From assembly GCA_964106645.2 (NCBI GenBank), contig OZ067039.1: a stretch of 64,000 nt of DNA. The stretch is one strand, 5' to 3'. Numbering within the stretch: the stretch's first letter is position 1; every line of letters starts with the position of its first letter. This DNA is from Podarcis pityusensis (lineage: Eukaryota). Below are positions 52,375 through 64,000 of this stretch, piece after piece. Under the pieces are notes generated by a model. The model was not told where the DNA came from. It saw only the letters and a program-made list of their open reading frames with translations, and did no database searches. A program made the translations under genes and the position numbers.

Positions 52375-52549
52375 TGGTTATAGCTGCCTTATATTGAGTC
52401 CACCCAGCTCAATATTGTCCACACTAACTGCTAGCTGAAATCCCAAGTTTTCAAATAAGGGACACTAGCTCTAACTAGAGATCCTGGGGACTGAATCTGG
52501 GACCTTCTGCTTGCAAAGCAAGTTCTCTACCACTGAACTACATCCCTTC
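52375..52549 (-). mobile_element. Diverged tRNA(Cys-like)-headed SINE (Squam2-like)
   Basis: Minus strand reads gaagggatgtagttcagtggtagagaacttgctttgcaagcagaaggtcccagattcagtcccc, followed by a degraded SINE body. Confidence 0.55.
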
Positions 52550-55500
52550 AAATCCTAAGCATAGGGCTTACAATCTTGTAAGCATGTTTAGGATTGCAGC
52601 CATCGTCACATTGTTCTTTCATGCTTCTAGAAGCTGGAAGATTTGTAGAGAAAATGTGTATTATTGTGATGAGGCTGATTATATTTTAAGTGAGAAATCA
52701 AAAATCTATTCTGCTGTACTTAAAGAACTTCTGGAAAATGACAACCAATCAGCCGCATTTAAACACAAGGGGATGGAGTTGTTTGCCCTCACGTAGCTTT
52801 AAGCAACAAAAAACCCTCAAAATATCAAAGATTTCAGTTCATAATGACTATTCTTTAATTATTATTTTTTTAAAAAGATACATGCACGTTTCTGTTATCA
52901 TTACAGAAATGTTACCCTGTGCTTTTTTCAGATAATTTCTGGTTTCTTTTCTTTTTTTAAAAAATGAAAGCAATACAGCTAAGAGATAGTTATTCAGTCA
53001 TTGTACATACAGAATAGATGCCTCATCACCAAAATGTCAAGTGATGCACTGAGTGTTGATGCATCATTCTGTTCTCAAAAAGTCAACCCAATTAAAAAGT
53101 TAATCAAAATGAAATCCTGCACTTCAGTGCTCTTATGATTATGAGTACCTTATCTAACACATACTCACTTCTGATTTGATGAAAAACAGTTTCCCCCCTA
53201 AAAAATAATAATTATTAATTTGCTTACTGTGTTCAGCTCTGGAGACTGGACATCATGCTTATTTATTATATTTATTAGTCAACTCATTAAAAAAAATCTC
53301 TAGACAACACGCTGATTAAAATAAAATACATTAAAATTCAGCATGGACACCCTAAGCAACCCTAAATGTTAAAGAAAATAAGAAAAATTGAAGAAAATAT
53401 AGCAAGAAGTACTATGTGCAACTACAAATACATTTAATTTCAGCCACATACACTTTCTTTCACTTAGATAGTATGGAAATTTTGGATGTTACATTACATG
53501 AAACAGACTGCGACTACCTACCACTATTTCTGTGGAGCAGTGGGAGAAACTTACTCTTGATGTTATAGTGCCACTAGCCCTAAAGCTATTATAGCTGCTC
53601 GATAAAAATGAAGGATGCAAAAGGAATCATCGTTACACAATTAAAAAGAAGTTTGCTCTAGTGCTAAAGCGGGGGGGGGGGGGGAATCAAACCTCTCCTC
53701 CCTTCACGCTATTGCCCACAATCATTTATCCCAGCTACCCCTACGTACTTAAATAAAAAGGGGTGGAAGTAACTGCATATTGTAAATAGCACTATTCACA
53801 CTGGATAATAAACCTGACACATTATCATTACACCTTTTAAGTTCATCCCCACTCAAATACTGAGTTCGCTTAAATGTTACACTACCAGGAAGAAGGCACC
53901 GTTCCATGTCCCAACTTGTATTGTGACTGCAAAGTGTCCTGCCTTCTCTTGGGTCATGCACTACAGATGGGCATGCTGTCCCAAATGCTCCTTGGATTCA
54001 TTCAGAAATAATCCAGAGTTATTGGTGGGGAGGTGTTGTGGGGGCACTGCACTGGAAAAACTCAGATTATTTTCCAAGGGTTCGGGAAAACACCCACTTG
54101 TTTTTACCAATGTACCCAAAAAACAAACAAACCAACAAATCCCTCTCTTCTTTTTATTGACCTATCCAGTGGTTGCAGAAGCAGTAGTGGCACGTGGTGA
54201 GAGAAGGAAGGTTTTTCCTTTCCCATCTCCCTCCTCCGTCTTAGTTTCTGCAACATCCTGGGCAGCAGAGAGCATATCTGGAAGATCATGGAAGAGGTGG
54301 TTGCAACTGTGTTAACCCTAGGGAGAACTGCTATCTCACTGTCTCCCAGGTTGCTGGTATTTCTACTGTATGATGCTCTTAGGACTGAGTTTTCCAGGCT
54401 TTTTTCAAAGATGTAATTTAATTTTTATTGTGGCATTTTGTATTGTTTTTAGCATATTGCACACCACTTCAAGTGCTGCTTAGAAAGCGGGGAAAGAGGT
54501 ACAGCAGTAATAATACTGTCAATAGTTTAGTATATTTTAATGCTAAAGTAAACAGCATGAAATACTTTATACAAGCAAAAATGCAAAGTTTTACAGAAGT
54601 AGGTTAGAACGGACCTATGTCTCAAATAAATAATTCATACTTTCAAGCTCCCATAAAACATTTAATAGGCAATAAAGCTTAAGAGCCAGAGTTTTCAAAA
54701 TTTCTCAGACCCCAAAATTGATACTAGGTTTTCAAACAAGCTTAATGCCTAGTTTGTCTCTTTCAACTGAAGTGGACAGCTTTTTCAAAGCACTCAGCAC
54801 TTCAAGCTCAGATTCTTATTATGAAAAGAGTCTGGCAGAGCAAACATCCGGCTGATAGAAACTCATACAATTTTATATGACCAAAAAACACAGCTGAAAT
54901 GTAAGAAATGCTTTCTACTTGCTCCAGTGGCAACAAAAGCTATAATTACACATATTCCAAGTCTTCAAGATCTTTTTTTAAAGTATTTTAAGCTTCTCCA
55001 TCAATTGATCTCTGTATGACTTATTTCCTAACCATTTTCTCCTTCTCCCATCTGCTTTCTAGTATGCATTTTCTAGCTTAGGAAGTGCTGATCATTGTTT
55101 CACATTTAAATATGGCCCAGTTCAAACTAAGCCAAAATATGAAAGAGCCTTTTGCTTCTGCATCCCTTTGCTTCTTCCTTCAGCACATGCCTAAATACCA
55201 AGTTTCATCTCAGCTGAGAGATTATGTTGACAACTTCCAAACAATCCAGAATCCTAAACCAACTTCAACTTTTTCCAAAGTTTGGAACCGTGATTTCCCA
55301 ATAAAGATGAAACAGAAAATGATTCCTCCTTAGAGATTTCCTGGTTTAAGCACAGCTCATGCAATGGGGATGGTGCATCAGCAAAAGACTCGTTCGTGTC
55401 TCAGATTATTAAGAAGAAATATCATTGTCCAACAGTCTCTTCAAAGCTCCTGCTTAAATTTAAAAGTTAACTCTTCTCAAACAGATAGGGCTTGGTTGAT

Positions 55501-56831
55501 ACCAGGGAGCTGTGCCTAAGCTCTGGAGACTCCCCTTCCAAAGGAAACCCATCACACCATCTCCTTATGAGCCTTTTGCAAGTTGGAAAAAACCTTCTCT
55601 TTTAGGAAGCATTTGGGCTGTGGACTGCTATATTAAGCAATTGGTCTCTGGATTTTTGTTTTGTTGTTAGTCACTTTGACCTCTTCAGAAGAAATGTCAG
55701 ATAGAAATTATTCACATAAATAAGCCTGACTCCCAGAACACATCTGTCTTTCTAAAATGCCCTTCAGCCATGAGAGCCAACTCTCATTGGGCAGGCTTGC
55801 CTGCTCTGAGTGTTAAAAGGTATAAAAAAGTCAAACCCATAACACACACATACACACTGAAGACTTTAAAAAAAACAACACTTATGCTTCTACAGGATAT
55901 GATCTGGCTCACAGAAACTGGATTATTTTTCAGTATTTCTCTTAGTGGAAATTCCACTCACCAGTTAAAGTATTTCTGAATATTCCAACATTCTGTGACA
56001 TCACAGCACACAGGGAACAGCTGGGAGAGAGGAGTTTGTAGGTGGCAGGCACCAACCTCCTAGTGAGAGCCAATTTCAAACCAATTGTAATTTTTAATAA
56101 TTTACTCTGGCTTTGTTAAATGTAAGGATTCACTCACTGTATTGTTCCAGTTTGTTCTGCATTACTCATATAACCAGAAACAGCATAATGGCATACATAA
56201 ACCACAGGAAACTTATCAGATGCTTCAGCCTTAAAGACCAGTACGATGCCCATATAATTAATACTATAATAAAAGCTATTAATGCCAGTGCAGTGTCCAC
56301 ACTACGGTACTTATTACCAAAGTCCTTGTGGTTATATTGCTTGTTTCCTGTGTTGTTTTTCCAATGGCTAAATGTTAATGCAAATATCTTAGAGAGGGCA
56401 AAATGTTTAAATATTTTTTTGTCTACCCACAGTATAACTATTACAATAGGAGCATCAACATCTATGTATAAGTTTAATTGTTTCAGCAGCAAATTTAATT
56501 TCCAGAATAGGCATGTTAACTTTGTAGCAGCAACAAATAGCTTGAGAGCTCATTTAAAAGAAACTTGATAGCCTCTAAATTGCTACAGAAGAGTTTGTAA
56601 TGTTATTAATTGCTTAGGTACCCTTATTAAAGTTAGGATGTGGGTCAGTCCTGATAGGCAAATGGTATAGTCCTGGCTAACAACAGACAATTCCCATTAT
56701 GGCAGTCTTCTTTCCCACTTCTTTCTGGAATCACTGGGGCTCATTTTCTTACAATGGTTCAATCTGTAGTGGGTGACACAGACCCCAAATTCAGAATGAA
56801 TCTGATCTTTTTATACTCTCTCAGAGAATTA

Positions 56832-57090
56832 CCGTATTTTTCGCTCTATAAGACGCACCAGACCATAAGACGCACCTAGTTTTTGGAGGAGGAAAACAAG
56901 AAAAAAAATATTCTGAATCTCAGAAGCCAGAACAGCAAGAGGGATCACTGTGCAGTGAAAGCAGCAATCCCTCTTGCTGTTCTGGCTTCTGGGATAGCTG
57001 CGCAGCCTACATTCGCTCCATAAGACGCACACACATTTCCCCTTACTTTTTAGGAGGGAAAAAGTGAGTCTTATGGAGCAAAAAATACGG
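56832..57090. mobile_element. Tc1/mariner-superfamily (pogo/Tc2-like) MITE, 259 bp
   Basis: TIRs CCGTATTTTTCGCTCTATAAGAC / GTCTTATGGAGCAAAAAATACGG, TA flanks, internal ataagacgcac repeats. Confidence 0.85.
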
Positions 57091-57189
57091 TAAATGGGCG
57101 AAAAGACTTTATCTGAGAGGTTTCTGAAATCTCATAAGTCAAGTGCCCAGGGAACCACCCTGCCAACTTAATCATTCATTCCACTCTTT

Positions 57190-57500
57190 TCTCCAAATCT
57201 CTGCTTACCATTTTACACTTGTTCACATTGAATTGCATTTTATCACCCACTCACGCAGGTTTGGAGAGGTCCTTTCAGAGCTCTTCACAATCTCTTTTTA
57301 ATGATCCTGAACAATTTAGTATCATCTGCAAACTTGGCCACCTCACCACTCACTTCAGGTTGAGAAGCACAAGTCCCAATAGTGATCTTTGCTCCACTTC
57401 AGAGAACTGTCCATTTATCCCTAGTCTTTGCTTCCTGAAACTTAGCCTATCCATGAACTACAAGAGGACCTTTCTTCTGACTCTTTGACTGCTAAGCTAG
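57190..57500 (-). mobile_element. CR1 LINE reverse-transcriptase fragment
   Basis: Minus strand encodes EVAKFADDTKLFRI (RT motif [Y/F]ADD). Confidence 0.75.
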
Positions 57501-59391
57501 GTTTGCTAGGGAAACTGTTTCCAGTTTTCCTGGCAAACAACACAATTGAGGCGTCTGAACATGCCACCAAGACTACTGGGGTATGTCATTTGAACTCCTC
57601 CTGGTTGAATGAATTGAGCCAAATGGATTTAGAAAGTACAGACACACAGCATATAGAAGCACCAAGCATGTTTGGAGGCCTTCAGAGTGTCAACTGGTGT
57701 CAACAGTCTTCTTCCCCACTATTGCAACCTAAGCTTGGGAATGCATGGGAAGAGGCAAACCAGGTGAACACTACACCGGGGGCAGTAGGTGCTGAGGCAA
57801 GTGAATTACAAGCTCAGGTGAACTTTGGAGGGAGGATGGATTCCCTATATTTGGGTATCTTAAATACTTGTGTAGTTTAAACATACATACACATCAGTTC
57901 AACTTTGACTATCTTATATGTACACTGGAGCTTTTCTGGCCTCTGCAAAGGCTTTAACCTGCATGCTGTTTATTCTAGTCCTCCCCTCCAGCTCCCTTCA
58001 TATGACTCCTCAGAAGAAAATGATGATTTGTACTTTGCAGATAGAAACCATTGCAATGGTCTCTAAATTTAGCAATCAGTGAAATCTGTTCATGTGGAAG
58101 CCCAGAAGATTCTTCAAAAGCAACCAGCAAACCAATCACAACTTCCTGCTGGATTTGGAAACCCAGTTCTTTCTGCTCCAGAATCCAGTGGGGAAGGGGC
58201 GCTCAGAAATTCCATGGGAATCCATTGTTTGAATTCAAGCATGCAGGTTCATCTCTGAATTTTGTTTCCTGCTGAAGTTACTTAGATGATAAAAAGTTCC
58301 AAAATATTACAAGAGCCCTCTTCACTTAGTCGCAGCTGTGAAATGCACTATGGATAAATGATGCCCACCTGCATAGTTAACAGCAAACATTATCTATCCT
58401 AACATACATTTCTAGGATAATGCACTTGGCTGAACAAAATTTCTGAGCTAGGCTATATTATTTGTTATAAAATAGTAACATTAATATTTTCAATCTCAAG
58501 AGAGCTAGTGCCATTCAAGATAGAATGATAGACATAAATTATTGACAACTAGGTACAAAGTCAACTATTCAAAAGTATTCTCAGTGGTGTAACTGCTGCC
58601 AAAAATCACTTTTTCGTTGTCAGGATTGCACAAGACATATTTGAACCTTCTTGTGTACGCTGTTAGCTCACAAGGGAGAGAGGCTTAAAAAAAATGGGGT
58701 GGGGTGGGAACAGTGATGTGCATGTGTGGTACAGTTGGAGCACACTGTCCGCAATGAACTATATTTAAAAATGGGGAGGGACATGTTTCAAAATAAGGTG
58801 GTGGAGAAAGGGGTGTTCTTCCTGGTGTTCAGCATTTGTTTTATCATTCCTGTTTTTAACACACTTGCTTGATATAGAAGGGATACTAAGCCTTTGAAGT
58901 AATAAAGCTGTAAATAAGGTCACAAAATGGCTTGCAGAAATTCATAACTTCAAACTACAAAAATTATTGGAATATGTCCCAATCTGCAGAGGAAATCACA
59001 TTTTTCCAGCAATGAAATACTGCCATTTGAGTGTTGGGAAAATGTGATTTATCACCAACAGAAACACATGTGAGGAAAGGCAACTAGATTGTCAGTGCCA
59101 GAGTAAAAAAAAAGCACATTTTTATTGCTGAACAAAAATAAACTGGCAACACCCTGACAAATTAATTAAGTTCTTTTTAAAAACAAACAAAAAAAACACT
59201 CCTTGTCAACAAGCCTGTTTAATGGAAATGTGTGCTTGCTCTCATATGCCACTTTCACATGTCACTCAGATTGTATACTGCCATACATATATGCTGTTTT
59301 GGACGGATCTCCACTCTCTTCACTTCTGCATCAACAATTGTTCTTGTACATTCTTTACCAATATATCCAGGACTGGAGGGAGGGCAGAGGA

Positions 59392-59419
59392 GTGTGTGTG
59401 TGTGTGTGTGTGTGTGTGT
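59392..59419 (+). repeat. (GT)n microsatellite
   Basis: Read directly from the sequence. Confidence 0.95.
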
Positions 59420-60298
59420 CATGATCCTCATATCTTCTCAAGATATGGTTCTGCATCAGCATTTATTGACAAATTAAAGGCCAACAATGTGTTAGACCAA
59501 ACGTTAGATGAACAATTAGAAGATACTACGTGACAACTATGTTCAAAAAACCTGGGCTAAAATTTTCTAACGTTTAATAATATTGGTGTTACTATTGACA
59601 ATTGGATACTTGTAGCCAACAACCCAATTCTATGAATCACTCGGGAGTGAATCTCACTGCATCCAATGAGGCCTACTGCAGGCAAGTGTGTGTGTGTGTA
59701 AGGCTGCAAACATAAAACACTTGCTAGGAAAAAGTGGAGCTCACTTTTGAGTTCACATGCTAAGGATCACGCTGTAAATCTTCTGTTTTGTCACACATGC
59801 CAAGGTTTAGCTGTGCTAGACAGTAACTTGTACAACATTTTGAATATTTTACTTTAGACTTTGGGGGGCGGTGAGAGACCACTAGTTTCAATGAAATGTA
59901 AGTGAAGCTCTAACTGAAGCAAAACACCTTTGAAACTGTCACTCATGCTTTTGACCAGACAAGCCCAGTATAAAAAGGACACACACTCAATCTTGTACAG
60001 CACAAGGCTACTCATATCTACTCAGAAGCATGTCCCATTAATTTCAATGGGCTTATTCCAAAGTATTGCATTGGATTGTAGGCTTAACAATAGTGAATGA
60101 CCAGGAGCTGTCCATGGTACCACATGCTTCTCTTCCCTGCAGCCCTTCCACTCTTCTGCTCAAATTCTTTTTACCAAATTTAAGTAATTGTTAGTTGGCA
60201 CCAGTTGCAATTAGGGTTAATATTAACTGAGGACTGACAACTAGGATTTGAAAGTAGCTTCAAATTCTGGTTCGAGACAAACACCAGTTATTCCAAAC

Positions 60299-60424
60299 TA
60301 GTGTTTCCCAAACTTGGGCCCCAGCTGTTTTTGGACTACAATTCCAATCATCCCTGACAACTAGCTAGGGATGATGTGAGTTGTAGTCCAACTACAGCTG
60401 GAGACCCAAGTTTGGGAAACACTG
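60299..60424. mobile_element. hAT-Charlie-like palindromic MITE (126 bp)
   Basis: TIRs (t)agtgtttcccaaacttggg / cccaagtttgggaaacactg. Imperfect 8-bp TSD ttccaaac / gtctaaac; near-palindromic interior. Confidence 0.78.
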
Positions 60425-63049
60425 GTCTAAACCATGGTTAATGTGGCTCTGACGTAGTCCTTAACTATGGTACAGACTAAAGAGGCAGGAAATTGAGCTG
60501 AGAAAAGAGGTTTTTCTGTAAACCCACAGCATGCTCCTTTTTCTGCAATCACAGGAAGGGGTTAAGATTATTCGGTCTGCAGCAACCTATAATGACAATA
60601 TCAATTTATGCACTGCCAAAGTAAGTGATAGCATGGCGACTAAAAACCACACAGAAACAGTAAGGCCTTCTATGACAAAATGTCAGAGAACAAGCTATGC
60701 AGGTCTATGCAGAATTAAGCTCCAATGAGTTCAATGGGACTTATTCTCAGGCAAGTGTAGGATTGCAACCTCTATTTTTTAAAATAAATCAGATCACATT
60801 GCAGGAAAGTGAAGAAACTCTGTGTTGTCCTTGGCACAGGCACATACCCACCATCTCATGAAATGAGTTTACTGACAATTTTTTATCTTTCATCTGATTA
60901 AAAGAAGCCTTATGAGGCCAAATTCATTTTTTCCAAACAGGTGGTTTTTTTTAAAAGAGTACTATCTAAGTAGGACTATGAATATTGTTTTTCACATTAT
61001 GTTCATTCTTCATCAGTATAGAGACCTTTTCTGATACTAAAGTTTCACCATTCAAACTTCTGGAGGACACTTAACAGACTGCATAATCTTCTTAACAAAA
61101 CAGAATAGTTCCAGCCTTCAGAGCAGAACAGGTTCTTATTTTAACACCAGTCTTGCAGATCAGCTTTGTAAAGTATGAGACTCTTGAACAAAATTAATGT
61201 TAATATTTCCAAAAAGGCATTAAAACACGGTATGTGTTACCCAGGTTAGTTTTACTAAGTAGTGGGCCGATTTCAAAAATATAATCTGCCATTTCTAGAC
61301 ATATAGACAAAACACTAGGAGCATGCTGGAATATGTTCACGTGACAGTGATCTAAATTCAAAGTTCAGCGTCTCTCACTAGACATAGTATACCTTAGGAT
61401 CACTTTCGGGAAGAAGGAATTGGAATTAAGCATGGCCTCGGTGATCAGGTTCCGACACAGTACAACAAAGTCTCTGAACATGAAACATGCAAAGATTTCA
61501 TATTTACACAACCATTTCTCGATACATTAGAAATTGAATTGTTCTTTCAAAGTTTGGAAGATTATGCCTATCACAAAGACACATTAATAACTTCTGAAGG
61601 AAAAGTGTCACACCCTGACAATGTCACCGAGTGTTAACTCATGTCATGCTAATGTGCAATAGAGCCAAATATCCCAAGCAATCATTTTAAAAAATTTAAA
61701 CACAGTGCATGGGGGGTGGGGTGGGAATCTGTAATTTAAATTGAACATATTCTAATTGAACTCTAGGTCTCACTCATTAATGAAACTGAGCTGACACAAT
61801 TTCATGTCATTATAATTTGCCTGGTTATCTCATTAAAGCACAGTCTTCCATATTTTACAATGCTAAGCTACTGTGATCCTTTAACAAACACAATGGATGT
61901 TAAGGTTCAACACAGTCTGCAAATGAAAACCAAAAGTTCAAAAGAAGTTAACCCTAGTGCTTCTTGTTACTTTCTTTCCTTCATTAGTGGTCTGCCGCCT
62001 GAGTAATGGATATATGATGAGGCTATCTTATAAATATATATATTTAAAAGTGTTTTAGCAACTCTAGATTAACTAGTCTGACAGATAGCTCAATCACTAT
62101 GCAAGAAATTTTGTTTTAATAAAATAAAAATAATAAAAACTTGCCTCAAGTGTAGCATGCTACAATAGGGCAGTCTTCCTAACAAACTTTCCAGTGTGTT
62201 TACATGGCTTCTACAAACATTTTTAAAAATGGAAGGCCAAAGATATGCAAGACAAAGTGTGACCACATTTTATGCGATCCAGGTCCCATTCCAACATATG
62301 TACACACCCATCTCTTCACCCTCTGTACTTTCATTTAATAGTATGGCTCTACACATTAGAACTGGCAATAAACTTATATGAAGCGTTCATGCAACATTTA
62401 AAAACTGCATTCATCAACCTAATTACAACTTTATGTTTGGGTGCACAACATTCATCTCAATCCCCATGCCTCCCAATAGTAACTGAAACAATTAAACTGT
62501 CCCAAATACATGATGAAAATGTTAAAATATTCTGAACTGTTGTGCAAATCGATGTCAGCAGGGGGCGCTCCTGCATGAAGCAAAAGGAGGCCACTATTGT
62601 TCCTCTAAGTCTCTCAGTAGCACTTAACTATATGTCTGAAATGGTCTCTCCTATATACTAAGACTGTCAAAAATAATAATAATCGTACCAGCTTTTTACA
62701 CACTAAAAGTCGTAGTGTTTAAAAGCTTTTTGGAATAAACTTGCAGATGTTAATCTGAAGGACAATGTTTTATTTCAGTGGCTGTACAAGAGGCCTCCTA
62801 AAACTCATTCTAGTAATTCTATGGATTCCCCCAAAATACCATAGGTTACTAGCATTTTCTTATTCAGACGTTTCAGATAAAAATAGCCCAAAATCAATAG
62901 CTTGAGAAATTATTTCACACTGCTTTCTGACATCTATGTAGAGAAGACGCAGGCACCCAATTGGGGGTGGGGGGTGGAGAGATGGCCTAATTAACTGGCG
63001 AGCGCTGGTGCACATTGGTGGTAAATGAGAAATAAAAGCGATAAAGTCA

Positions 63050-63304
<255 letters not shown>

Positions 63305-63363
63305 TTAGCCACGAGTTTGCCTTGCAGCGTTTCCAGGATCGCCGTCAGCAACGGGTGCTTTAT

Positions 63364-63366
<3 letters not shown>

Positions 63367-63410
<44 letters not shown>
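63367..63410 (+). repeat. (AC)n microsatellite, about 22 units, upstream of the 68-nt exon
   Basis: Read directly from the sequence. Confidence 0.95.
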
Positions 63411-63413
<3 letters not shown>

Positions 63414-63429
63414 TGTTAATAAAGTGTCT

Positions 63430-63950
63430 TTAAGTGGCTGGCCGGAGATACACCCCACTAGACTTGCAGTGTGAGTTTCAACCCAGAGGCTTCTGTTCCT
63501 GCTTGCTGCACGGGCTCAGTCCGGTTAGCCGAGCCCTTGCAAGGAAGCGAAGCCGAGCGAGAGGGACGCTGACTCGGGATTCAAGGAGGACTTTACGGGG
63601 CTCTCGGAACCGCACGCTCCTCGGAGCCCAGTACAAGTAGAGTGCCGTCTGTACTAGCGGCTGCCACATACGTTCAGAGAGGGTCCAAGGACCCGGTTTA
63701 GCATACACAAGCACAAACGACGCGGAAACCTGCTCCCCAACGCACAGCTCACGGGGAGCAGAATGACATTTTCATCTCGCTTAGCCGAACATCCTGTACT
63801 CAAAAAAAGGAGAAATGTTTACTGTGGCCACAGGCACAGCACACCAGGCTTGGTGACACGGCTGCTGGGGAAACTTAGGAGATTTGCATCTCCATAAAGC
63901 CAATTAGCCAAGCTTTAATTACGCGTTAATAGGTAATCAACGCACACGAG
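63430..63950. promoter_or_regulatory. CpG-enriched region, probable edge of the GABRB2 5' CpG island
   Basis: Many CpGs (ccggttagccgagcc, gcgaagccgagcgag, acgacgcgg, acgcgt) against a CpG-depleted window. It lies toward the gene 5' end, where the first exons of GABRB genes are clustered. Confidence 0.6.
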
Positions 63951-64000
63951 ACCAAGTACTGTATGTATAGATACAAAAACATACAAATATAGACACACAC

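Noticed and set aside
52478-52549. Functional tRNA-Cys gene on the minus strand
   Set aside because: The B box and stems are degenerate and the sequence continues into a SINE body.

Overview
Vertebrate genomic DNA, most likely from a squamate; the SINE content suggests a lacertid lizard (inference). The whole window lies inside the GABA-A receptor beta-2 subunit gene (GABRB2) on the minus strand. It holds three coding exons for the extracellular domain: 63204-63137 (68 nt), 30987-30767 (221 nt) and 18318-18236 (83 nt, Cys-loop). They have canonical GT-AG junctions and are separated by introns of about 32.1 kb and 12.4 kb. Upstream exons lie beyond 64000 and downstream exons before position 1. 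The rest is intronic and repeat-rich: Sauria and Squam-type SINEs, CR1/L2/L1/RTE/RTE-X LINE fragments, a Penelope-like fragment, pogo/Tigger and hAT MITEs, microsatellites and several fold-back palindromes. The most notable non-coding observation is a 514-bp insertion (50992-51505) flanked by a 17-bp direct repeat. It carries an apparently intact type-I hammerhead ribozyme (51136-51185, + strand, antisense to GABRB2) enclosed by a 24-bp inverted repeat, which makes it a candidate retrozyme or non-autonomous Penelope-type element. A second, minimal hammerhead in the Penelope fragment (32843-32880) lies sense to the pre-mRNA and has a mutation in its catalytic core. All repeat-family assignments were made by eye, without database searches.
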